50,013 nucleotides of DNA. Source: Octopus sinensis (Eukaryota). Below the pieces are notes generated by a model, which was given only the letters and a program-made list of their open reading frames with translations, was not told the origin of the DNA and made no database searches. Positions 12,162-23,902 of this stretch are shown here, piece after piece. The translations under genes were made by a program, and so were the position numbers. The stretch spans positions 1 through 50,013 of the forward strand of contig NW_021835120.1 of NCBI RefSeq assembly GCF_006345805.1. Direction: 5' to 3'. Position 1 is the stretch's first letter. Each line of letters begins with the position of its first letter.

Positions 12162-12989
12162 TACATATATGGATAATTCATATATATGAATATATATATA
12201 TACGTACATACACATATATTATAAAATATACATGCATATATATATATATATATGTGTGTGTGTGGTGTGTGTGTGTGTGTGTGTGTGTTTGTTAGTTGGT
12301 TGTTTAAGTATGCATACTATATGTATGTATATTTGGATGTATATGTGTAGGTATATCTATGTATATGTGTGTGTATACATACGTATATATATATATATAG
12401 ATATCATATATATATTTGAATACATACACACACATTCACACACACACACTCACACACACACACAAACATATACACACACATATATACGTATACTAACCCA
12501 CATACGAACATGTAGACACACATGTAGGCTTGCATGTATTATTAGGTGCTGTCAGTTAAAATTGATGAGTTCTCCGGTTTGACGCCAAAAATGGAACGTG
12601 TATATATATATTAGGCAATAAAATATATATTTCCTGTGTGTAAAATATGATTATTGTAGGCACGGCTAAAACAATCAATTATCAAACCGGGAAATAAAAT
12701 AAAATAAATTCGTTATTCTCTGCCTGGTTTAATAATTCTTCTATTCCTTTATTCCATTATTCTTTAGTATACTGTTTTTTTCTTTTATATATATATTTTT
12801 CATTCTGTTTTGTTATATCTTCTTTTAAGTTTTGTGTTTGTTATTCCGTTCTTCATTTATTTGAAGTGAAGCATGAAAAATATCTTTTCCCATTCACTTC
12901 ACATATTAAAGATTATCTAAAGAATCAGATTGTGTGTGTGTTATTACTTGTATGCTTACGCTGATATGTATATATACATATATGTGTTT

Positions 12990-13024
12990 GTTTGTATATA
13001 TATATATATAGGATATATATGCAC

Positions 13025-13073
<49 letters not shown>

Positions 13074-13147
13074 TATATCATATATATATTATATATGCAC
13101 ATATACATATATATATATTATATATATACATATATATATATATGCAC

Positions 13148-13187
<40 letters not shown>

Positions 13188-13203
13188 ATATATATATATA
13201 TAG

Positions 13204-13234
<31 letters not shown>

Positions 13235-13326
13235 TATACATATATATATATATATATTATAATAATATATATATATGCACATATACAATATATATTATAT
13301 ATATATATAATATATGCACATATACA

Positions 13327-13364
<38 letters not shown>

Positions 13365-13429
13365 GTGCATATATATATATATATATATATGCACATATAT
13401 ATATATATATAGTATATATATATATGCAC

Positions 13430-13474
<45 letters not shown>

Positions 13475-13478
13475 GCAC

Positions 13479-13520
<42 letters not shown>
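12990..13520. repeat. (TA)n array punctuated by a recurring GCACATATA(CA) motif
   Basis: About ten GCACATATA units at 25-90 bp spacing within TA runs. Confidence 0.85.
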
Positions 13521-13521
<1 letters not shown>

Positions 13522-13782
13522 TATACACACATGAATATATATGCCTAAATATATATACAACTGTATGTCTATGTACATATATATATACCCATATAGTATA
13601 TATATAATATATATATGTGTATGTGCATCTATATGAATGCATCTGTGTACACACACACCAAACACATATGAATATATGTACATATTTATATACATGTGTA
13701 CATATATATGTATATGTATTCATATATATATATATAATAATATCTGTTTCTTCTGTTTCCTTCCCTCTCTCTTTCTTCTCTC

Positions 13783-13816
<34 letters not shown>

Positions 13817-13824
13817 TATATAAC

Positions 13825-13870
<46 letters not shown>

Positions 13871-14689
13871 TCTATGTGTTTCTCTGATCGTGCGTATGTT
13901 TATATGTGGTTATATGCATGTATTTATATACACAGCATTCTAAGTATGGTTCTCTGAGCATATATTTATTCCTTCTTTTCTTTCCGTTTTCCTTCTTTTA
14001 CATATATTTTATATTTTTCATATATCGTAGCGTGATGTTAATATTGATATTGCGGATGTCGCTTACGTTACTGATATTTATTTTTCTTCTTGTTCATTAT
14101 TTCTGTTATTGTTTATTTTATTGTTAACATAATAGATATTGATATTGTTGATGTTGTTGTTGTTGTTGTATACAAGTGACCTGACCAGCGAATAAAATTT
14201 CTTATCTTCAGAAAATCATCTGTAAGTCTTATATATAATATGATAATCTCTTTTGTATTCGATGTGCAAGGAACATTATTTGCATTCTTTGAGATTCTTT
14301 AAACCACGAATAACATATATATTTTTAAAAATCACTGAGATAGCTGTATTATAAAGAAATCTTACGGGTTATCGTTTAATTATTTTCAGTACATCCGCGG
14401 CACAATGGATGCGTGTGCTTAAAGTCGTTTGTTTCACAACTAAAGATTTTATTTGTATGAACATATTCAGGTGTTATGTGCCAAAGTAAATGTGAAGTTG
14501 TATGGCAAAGAAATACATTTCGTCGTACTGGATTCCAGGTCTTCCCAGGTATATTCCCAGGTATATTCTAGATATATCAATATCTAGTCACAGCGAATAT
14601 GTTCGATGAAACTCTACGGAGGGCCACTGTATGCCAAGACACACATATATGTATGTATACATATGTATACACACACAGACACAGACACA

Positions 14690-14727
<38 letters not shown>

Positions 14728-14811
14728 TATATATATATATGCCCCAGCATGGCCACAGCCTTAGGGCTGAAACATGTAAAAGAATAAAAGAGTACTATAT
14801 AAATATATATA

Positions 14812-14966
14812 TGGTCTGACCACTAAGAAAAATTGTTCTCAAGAAAATTCGGCAAAAGCCAGGCGTAAAGCTGGCAAGAGAAGTGAAAAACAATTTTTCT
14901 TAGTGGTCAGACCACATGGGGTCTACATTTAGCATATCAGGAGTCCACCTGGTGGTTATTCTTCTT
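14812..14966. mobile_element. Foldback MITE-like element, left arm truncated
   Basis: Perfect 26-bp inverted arms 14812-14837 and 14889-14914; right arm continues as in the 18441-18635 copy. Confidence 0.8.
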
Positions 14967-15333
14967 ATATGTACGTAATACAATTTTCTGGATCTTCAGA
15001 TATTTCTTTCAATATGCTAGGCCACATATATATATACACATATACATACATACATACATACATACATACATACTACATACATACATACATACATGTGCGT
15101 GTGTATTTTTGTGTCTGTGTTTGTCCCACGCACACACCACTTGAAAACCGGTGTTGGTGTCTTTACGTCCACCTAGCTTAGCAGTTTGGCAAAAGACGCC
15201 GATAGAATAAATATCAAAACTTCAAAAATAATCAGTACTGGTGTCGATTCATTTGACTACAGCATCGCCGCAGTCTAATAACTGAAACAAGCAGGTAAAA
15301 GCTTACCAGGTATGAGAAGGGCATATAACTCAC

Positions 15334-15431
15334 TTGGCAGAAGAACTATAAATCGTAGATTTGAAGTTATGTCCTGAATTAGGTTGAAAATTTAATTCGA
15401 ATCCTACGCGTTTAAATTTATATTTCATCAT
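15334..15431 (-). CDS. Candidate first coding exon (MMKYKFKRVGFELNFQPNSGHNFKSTIYSSSA)
   Basis: ATG at 15431, frame open up to donor CAA|GTGAGT (15333-15328), phase 2; lies just downstream of the CCAAT/NRF1 motifs on this strand. Confidence 0.3.
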
Positions 15432-15466
15432 TACAATAATTTCGGCATCACGTATCAATAATGCAA

Positions 15467-15579
15467 GATTGGCTTGCACTCAAATCGCCTGCGCATGCGC
15501 CCTCTTCAGTTTTGTACGTAGTGAAAACAAGTGAAATAAGCTGATAGATCCACGTTTTAATTAGCAATAACTTGATTGG
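15467..15579. promoter_or_regulatory. Putative bidirectional promoter core
   Basis: TGCGCATGCGCC at 15490-15501 (11/12 to NRF1 consensus YGCGCAYGCGCR); CCAAT boxes on minus at 15467-15473 and 15574-15579; outward-facing donors at 15333 (-) and 15741 (+); repeat-free island. Confidence 0.5.
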
Positions 15580-17088
15580 ATAATAAATTAGTTAGGAAGG
15601 TAATAGAGAGTAAAGGTGATATATATCACCTTTACCATCGTAGCAATAAATCGATGGTGTAATTTAGTTACTGCTGCGGTCGTTGTTGGCGTTGTTGTTG
15701 TGTAGTGTTCTCAGCTCTGGAATTGTGTGGACCCATAAAGGTAAGTAGCGATAATAATTAACACAGGGATAACCGAGTCGATAACACGTTCACTTCGCAA
15801 CCATTAGGTCCAAGGTTTCACCCACCTTCGTGATAACCTGGTTGAGCGCGTTGGGGAAATTTGCTTTGACGGAAATTGTATGGAATCCCATCGAATGTAT
15901 TGTGTCTAACGTTCAAATGACCGCGTTTGCCATACACTGTGTGATGTTGATTGTAGTAGAGTATTACATTGATTTTACAAGTCTGTTTGTCGAGGGCTCA
16001 TGGCCTAGTTGTCAAAGTGCTGCAATCACCATCGTGAGATCGTGCTTTCAATTCCTGGAGCGGGTGGTGAGTGGTGTTGTTGAACAAAACATTTCGACAC
16101 CTGACGCGAGGTATACGAGTAACGAATATCGATTCACATACATTTGATCACTATATGCAAATCAGTTGTAGAGGTTATTCAGCAATAAATTGCAGAACCG
16201 TCTTTATCGGACAAAGAGAGACTATCATCTTCATCATCGTCAACATCATCCCTACACATGCTTCTGCGGAATACTCACCCGCTTTCACTCTGTTAATCAT
16301 AAATATAAATAAATGTAAAGGTCCGGAAGAAATATTTCTAAAAAAAAAAGCCTCGATTTTTACCGTCGGTTTAACTATTCTGCTTATACACCAATTCCAG
16401 AATAAGAATAAAATAATAACAGTTACCTATAACGTTATGAAGATACATATACAGCAACTCTATGAATCATAAATATATGTCTAAGTTTCAATCTTATACA
16501 ATCTTAACGATATCTTTATGATAGGATCTACTTTGGAAATTAGTTCTCATTGAAATAGGTAAGTATACATCATTCAAAAAGACTGCCGTGTCCTACCAAA
16601 TCTGTCAAGAGGCATTAACTTTGAAAGGCTGTTAGTGACACTTTTTCCTAAATATATTTATTCTTTCATCTCATTAAATCAGCGACTCACAAATCAAACC
16701 GCTTAGATTCCATTAGTCTCTCTCTTTCTCTCTTTCTATGTCGGTCTGTTTCTCTCTCTCCCTTCTTCACTCTCTCTCTCTCTATCCTTCTCTCCTTCTC
16801 TTTCTCTCTTTCTCTGTCCTCGTTCGATCACTTTGTTCGGCATGATGAATGTATAAAGGTGTCGTGATTTTAATTAAATAACTAATTAATTGATCAATTG
16901 ATCAATTATTCATTTAATTATATGTGTTGTTATGGCTGCGTTTAATTAACCAATACATACACACATACATACACACATACATACATACATACATACATAC
17001 ATACATACAAACATACATACATGTATGTATACATACATACATGTATGTATACATACACGCATATATAAAAAATATGTATGCATGTATG

Positions 17089-17124
<36 letters not shown>

Positions 17125-17158
17125 AGATATATATGTACGTATGCAAACACACTTATAA

Positions 17159-17198
<40 letters not shown>

Positions 17199-17307
17199 TA
17201 TAATATATATATTTAGATAGATCGATCAATCGATAGCTAGATAGATAAATAGATTGATAAGTAGATAGATAGATAAATAAATAGGTAGGTAGATAGATAG
17301 ATAGATT

Positions 17308-17350
<43 letters not shown>

Positions 17351-17698
17351 TGGTAGATAGATAGATAGATAGATTCTTATAAACACCAAGTAAATAACTA
17401 ACTTGCTTTGTAATTATGAGTGCACCAATCCTCACGTGTGCATATGGCCACATTTTTGCGGATGCTTGTATGAACGAGTGCACTCGCGCCATGCAGCTTG
17501 CCCACGGGCGTTTATACACCCATATTTGTTAAGGGTTATTTTCTATACTTTTCTCGCTGGATTGCGTGTTCGTTTCCCTTTCTGTCATCTGTCTTTTTAT
17601 TAACTACTAAATCTAACACTAGAGGACTGCGTCTATTTGGAATGAAGGGCAAGAGTGAGTTGACAGCTCATGGATAGGTATAAATCCTTTAAAATATT

Positions 17699-17770
17699 TT
17701 AGCCCGACGTGATTCGAACACACAGCGTTCTGATCTGGAGTCAGACGCGCTACCGTTGCGCCACAGGGTC
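17699..17770 (-). tRNA. trnW: tRNA-Trp(CCA), acceptor stem damaged (possible pseudogene)
   Basis: GACCCTGTGGCGCAACGGTAGCGCGTCTGACTCCAGATCAGAACGCTGTGTGTTCGAATCACGTCGGGCTAA; D, anticodon and T arms pair; CCA anticodon 17738-17736; acceptor mismatches G1:A72 and C3:C70; TTTT follows within 10 nt. Confidence 0.85.
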
Positions 17771-18440
17771 TTTGTCAAATATTGTCAAGATATTAGGAAT
17801 AGTAAATTGGGTATAAAGTAACTGTCTATAAAGGAGGCTGGGTAGTGGAAGACCCTAACTCATGATGTTAATTACCAGTTAAAGGGGCAAAACTCTAATA
17901 AAACCTATGATGTTAATACAGAGGAAATGTTATCATGGGTGCTTGTTTATAAACAATATCGTTATGTTGTATAAAGATAACATGTACGATTATCAAATAT
18001 GATATCACAACTAAAATAGATGAAATGTTTGTATATAATTTTCAACATTACAAAGGGGAAGATTACATAGAAACAGTTTAATATTCATTTTTGTACTTAA
18101 TTATTTATTTATTATGTGGTTTCTATAAAGACTGCGCAGGGCATTTACTTATGGAATACTTTAAAGATAAACATGCTATCTATATATTAATTATAAATAA
18201 AGATTTGTATAGATACACACACATATTTATATATGTACACACATGCACACATACACAAATATTTATACGTTTATATGGATATGATATAACCATCTCACAT
18301 AGACTTAAGTAACTAAAAAGTATTTATTTACGAACAAGAAGGATAAAGATTTATAAGATATTAATTTAATATCAATTTAAACCGGTGGCCTAGCATATTG
18401 AAAAATCTGAAGATTCAGAAAAATTATATTACATACATAT

Positions 18441-18635
18441 GAGAGGGATGACCACTAGGTGGACATCAAGTATGCTAAATGTAGACACCATGTCGTCTGA
18501 CCACTAAGAAAAAAATGTTCTCAAGAAAATTCTGGCGTTTGCCTAATTTTCTTGAGCACAATTTTTTCTTAGTGGTCAGACCATATGGTGTCTAAATTTA
18601 GCATATTAGATGTCCACCTAGTGGTCATCCCTCTT
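18441..18635. mobile_element. Complete foldback MITE-like element
   Basis: 91-bp inverted arms (18441-18531, 18545-18635) with 8 mismatches, 13-nt loop, flanked by ATAT on both sides. Confidence 0.88.
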
Positions 18636-19324
18636 ATATGTATACATATATACAAGTATTTCTACGTTTATATGGATGTAGTATAACCATTTCGCATAGA
18701 CCTAAGTAGCTGAAAAAATCTCTATTTAAGAACAGTAACAACTTATAAGGGATAAGAAGTTGTTAGGTAAGGATATCAAAGTAAAAAAAAATAAGAAGAA
18801 TTTATAGAAAATGATAAGAAATATATATAACCTACAATTAAAGAAGCAGAGTATTAAAATTTGAGGTAGGGAAGTAATAAAGGTAACCCGAAAAGAGGAG
18901 GTAGTAGGTATGGGCGTAGTGAGGGCAGTTAGAGGTATTCAGACCGAAGAGATTTTATAAGTTGTAATATTAAATGTGCTATTAAAAATAAGATTTTATA
19001 GTTTCTAAGGGGTATATAATTACCCAACGCATATGTTCAATGCCTCCTCAAGACAAATGTTACATTTCTCGGATAGTGAATTACATCGGTGTGCATTTTG
19101 TTTTATTATTGATCATTCCATTTCATATTAAATTTTTGATTATTTCTGTCACCATAATAGATCCGCAAGTGAAGTTGCGTGTCGTCTGTTTAACTATTGG
19201 AATGAAGAACTATATTATATGGAAACATGTATATTAATTAAAAAATAACTGTCCAACCGTGCTCCTCTCTGCTGGCTCTATGTATTAATCACTTATACAT
19301 ACATATATATATATATATACTCTT

Positions 19325-19530
19325 ATTCTTTTACTTGTTTCAGTCATTTGACTGTGGCCATGCTGGAGCACTGCCATTCGTCGAGCAAATCGACCCCAGG
19401 ACATTTGTAAAGCTATTACTTATTCTATCGGTGTCTTTTGCCGAACCGCTAAGTTACGGGGACGTAAACACACCAGCATCGGTTGTCAAGCGATGTTGGG
19501 GGGATAAACACAGACACACAAACATATACG

Positions 19531-19573
<43 letters not shown>

Positions 19574-19718
19574 GACAGGCTTCTTGCAGTTTCCGTCTAC
19601 TAAATCCATCACAAGGCTTTAGTCGGCCCGAGACTATAGTAGAAGACTCTTGCCCAAGGTTCAGTGGGACTGAAACCGGAGCCATGTGGTTAGTAAGCAA
19701 GCTATTTACCACACAGCC
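19325..19718 (-). mobile_element. SINE family B, near full length
   Basis: Reverse complement of the family B sequence with internal (TA)n. Confidence 0.9.
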
Positions 19719-19765
19719 GAAACATACGCATACACACACACGCATACGCACATACATACACACAC

Positions 19766-19867
<102 letters not shown>

Positions 19868-20924
19868 GCAGATGCTTCTTTCATAAACACGACCAAAGAG
19901 AAATTTCAAAATGGCGAGCGAAATAATATTCGTCTGGTCAACATATTTTTCCACACTTCACTCTGAGATTATGGCGCTGAAATTTATTCGAATTTACCCT
20001 GGATGCATCACAATGCGACACGATACGAGACGTCAATGAGAAACAGTTAAAGAAAAACATGCATAGATTAAATAAACGGGAGCTAAAGTTACGACTTAAG
20101 CGCTCATTTTCCACGCTAAACAAACAATGCGACGCTACAATAAAATAAAAGAAAAAATGTGTATTTTTATTTTGTCGTTGTTGCTGTTCAGACGATCGTT
20201 AGTTGAATAAAATGTCGGCAAAATAAACTTGAAAAGAAAACAAATTGGAAAGAGAATTTTATATGAACAGTTAATGAGGAAAGAAAAAAGTTTATTTTTG
20301 TTTGGTATATCGCAACGTGTCTACATGAATTCGATTAACTGCATCATCTTCAGACAGCGATCAATCACATTCTACTGCAGACAGAATCATTTTAACATTC
20401 GATTCGATTAGATAATTGCGTAGAGAGCGGAAGTTATGCGTACGTCAGTAACAACAACGACAACACCAACGACAACAGCAGGTGAAGCACAGAAACAGTT
20501 GTAAAAGGCTGGACTTCGACGCACTTCGACGTCCGAAACTTTGTTTCCACATTTAATGGTCGTCATTTCAATAACAATGTTGATGACTGTTTGACAAGGA
20601 ACCAAAGTAAATTATAGAACGGTGAGATCTGAATCAATTTTAAAGAAGTCGTTTCGATAACTATGAAAGGCCGTGGACCAGTGATAAGGACATCGCATTC
20701 ACGCTTGAAAAACTGCGGTTTCGATTCCAGTACTGGGCGGTTTGTTGTGGTCTTCTTCAAACGTTGTTCTAGTTGACTTGGTTATAAATGAGTAACGACA
20801 GACTGTGGAGCTTTTCGGCCACAACACATTATCTTAACTCACAACAAAATAACGAAAGAATTAAGTAGGCAGGAACAACAATCACTGAGAGCTTGTCTAT
20901 AATTATTGGTAAATGCAAGGCTTC

Positions 20925-21487
20925 AAGCTGGAAGAATCGTTAGTACGCAGGGCGAAATGCTTAGCGGTATTTCGTCTGTCTTTACGTTCTGAGTTCAAAT
21001 TCCACCGAGGTCGACTTTGCCTTTCATCCATTCGGGGTCGATTAAATAAGTACCAGTTACGCACTGGGGTCAATATAATCGACTTAATCCGTTTGTCTGT
21101 CCTTGTTTGTCCTCTCTGTGTTTAGCCCCCTGTGGGTAGTAAAGAAATAGGTATTTTGTTTGCCGCTACGTTCTGAGTTCAAATTCCGCCGAGGTCGACT
21201 TTGCCTTTCATCCTTTCGGGGTCGATAAATTAAGTACCAGTTACGCACAGGGGTCGATATAATCGACTTAATCTGTTTGTCTGTCCTTGTTTGTCCTCGC
21301 TGTGTCTAGCCCCCTGTGGGTAGTAAAGAAATAGGTATTTCGTCTGTCTTTACGTTCTGTGTTCAAATTCTGCCGAGGTCGACTTTGCCTTTCATCCTTT
21401 CGGGGTCGATAAATTAAATACTGGGGTCGATCAAATCGACTGACGCACTCGCCAAACATTTCGGGCCTTGTGCCTAGAGTAGAAAAA
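20925..21487 (+). mobile_element. SINE family A trimer
   Basis: One head-bearing unit plus two units starting at the internal GGTATTT site (junctions 21150-21156, 21334-21340). Confidence 0.9.
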
Positions 21488-21494
21488 AGAATGG

Positions 21495-22340
21495 TTAGCA
21501 TGCAGGGGAAAAATACTTAGTAATATTTCTTCCAGTTCTTTACGTTCTGGATTTAAAAATTCTACCGAAGTTAACTTTGCCTTTCATCCGTTCGGGGTCG
21601 ATGGAATAAGTACCAGATTAGTACTGGGGTCGATGTAATCGACTTATTCCTTCCCTCGAAATTACTGTCCTTGTGGTAAAATTTGAAACCATTATTATTA
21701 AGGCGACAATCTTATAGAATCGATAACACACCAAACAAAATATCTAGCAGCACTGCGTCCATATTTCGGTTCTGAGTTCGAATTCCGCTGGGGTCAATTT
21801 TTACTTTTCATCATTTTACGGTCGATAAAATAAGTACCAATTGGACAGTGGGGTCGATGTAATTCCCCAGCCCCATTCCCCAACAATTTCAAGCCTTGTG
21901 CAATATAAAAGAGAGGATCGTTATTATTATTAGGAAAACCAAAAGCAGTGAGCTAGCAGAACCGTTAGCACGCCGGACAAAATGCTTAGCGGAATTTTGT
22001 CCGTCTTCACGTTCTGAGTTCAAATTCCACCAAGGCTGACTTTGCCTTTCATCCTTTTGAGTGTCGATAAAATACGTACCAGCTGAGTACTGAGGTCGAA
22101 GCAATTGATTTAACCCCCCTCCCGGAATTACTGGCCTTCTGCCAAACTTTGAAATCACTGTTGGGAATACCAAACACGATAGATTAGCGTTAATTTATAT
22201 GTTCCTGCCGAAGCCAACTCCATCTTTTATTCCGCTGAGATCGATAAAATAAAATACCAGAAAAGTACCGGAGGCGGTTCAATCGATTAAATCTTCATGG
22301 CCCGAAAACTACTGGCATTATACCTAAATTAGAAAAAAAA
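21495..22340 (+). mobile_element. Cluster of about four older, co-oriented SINE family A copies
   Basis: Recurrent tttgcctttcatcc...gtcgat..aataagtacc...ggggtcgatgtaat blocks, mostly separated by attatt tails. Confidence 0.8.
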
Positions 22341-22597
22341 AAAAAATATTAGTATCAACGTCAGTCAAACCGCCCCCTGTGACTTATTGATTGTTTGTTA
22401 TTATTTTGTCTAGTAATTAAAAGAACGCTAATCGTGTGTGATTAATTACTGACGAAGATAGTTTTTTTCCCAAACAACACAACGGATTAAGACTACAGTA
22501 ATTTAAGAGGAAGATGTTTAAAAAGGTGGAGTAAACCGCTGTAATTATTATAATTATTTTAGTCCACGAGGTGAGTGCCATCACATTTAGTTCGCAT

Positions 22598-22827
22598 TAT
22601 ATATATATATATATATGTATGTATGCATGTATGTATGTATGTATGTATGTATGCATGTGTGTATGTATGTATGTATGTATGTATGTATGTATGTATGTAT
22701 GTGTGTATGTATGTATGTATGTATGTATGTATGTATGAATGTATGTATGTATGTATGCATGTATGTATGTATGCATGTATGTATGCATGTATGTATGTAT
22801 GTGTGTATGTGTGTATGTATGTATGTC

Positions 22828-22859
<32 letters not shown>

Positions 22860-23140
22860 TGTATGTATGTATGTATGTATGTATGTATGTATGTATGTGT
22901 GTATGTATGTATGTCTATATGTAGTATGTATGTATGCATGTATGTATGTATGTATGTATGCATGTACGTATGTGTTATGTATGTATGTATGTATGTATGT
23001 ATGTATGTATGCATGTATGTATGCATGTATGTATGGATGTATGCATGTGCGTATGTATGTATGTATGTATGTATGTATGTATGTATGTATGTATGTTGTG
23101 TATGCATGTATGTATGTATGTATGTATGTATGTATGTATA
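22598..23140. repeat. (TATG)n microsatellite, about 540 bp
   Basis: Long tetranucleotide array; source of MYVC/HTYI ORFs. Confidence 0.95.
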
Positions 23141-23210
23141 TATAGAAATACTAAGATTTCTATTTTTGAAAACCAGTGGATGTATTCCACTGAATTTAGG
23201 TAAAAAATAT

Positions 23211-23339
23211 TTCGAACAGACGGTCAGCAGTGGCGCTTACTAGGTTCGGCGGCTCTACATTGATAAGGGGCAAATACCTCGAAACTAGTCTGTAGATACC
23301 AGACCAGCAAGGGGAAGCTGCTGACCTCCCCTGTTCGAA
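23211..23339. other. Unexplained highly self-complementary GC-rich segment (candidate structured RNA)
   Basis: Two perfect 9-bp stems close the segment, with an internal 10-bp stem (1 mismatch) and a further hairpin; no family recognised. Confidence 0.45.
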
Positions 23340-23484
23340 GGTTATAATGGACATAGGTTTGTGTCACATAGCGAGCTACAGGAGATGGCCTCTTGGAGCT
23401 AATCAACGGCAGCATTCGTCCTAATTTTCTGGACTGCTATATTAGCTTGGCGATAACAATTAATATATATATATATATATTCTC

Positions 23485-23810
23485 GGTTACACGATTCTGG
23501 GTTCAGTTCCAATGCATAGAACCTTGGGCCAGTGTCTTCTAATATAGACTCGAGGCGACGAAAGCTTTATGGGTGGATTTGTTAGACGAAAACTGAAAGA
23601 AGCCCGTAATGTGTGTGTGTGAGTATGGTGTCCTATTTTGTCGCCCACCACCGTGTCACAAACCATGTGGGTGTCTTTCCGAATTAGTAACCTAGTGGTT
23701 CGTCAAAAGAGGGCACTGGAACAAGTACTAGGCTTTAAAAGAAATAAGAACTGGTGTCGATTTCTTTGACTAAAATCATCAAGGCGGTGTCACAGCATGG
23801 CCACACGAAA
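23485..23810 (+). mobile_element. SINE family B, diverged
   Basis: ctgggttcagttcca...accttgggc..gtgtcttc...gaaaactgaaagaagcccgt...aaggcggtg..cagcatggcc. Confidence 0.8.
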
Positions 23811-23902
23811 CGAGAGAGCCTAATGTGAGAAACATGAGAGCATGGTCACATGAGAACCTAATGAGGGAAACGAGTGGTATATATATATATATATATATAT
23901 AT

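Noticed and set aside
14212-14221. 10-nt plus-strand microexon between cttcag and gtaagt
   Set aside because: Motifs of this length occur by chance in 50 kb, and no plus-strand gene context supports it upstream of the putative promoter.
15830-16147. 105-aa plus-strand ORF as a stand-alone gene
   Set aside because: Starts at GTG, no recognisable domain; at most part of it could be an exon ending at the 16067 donor.
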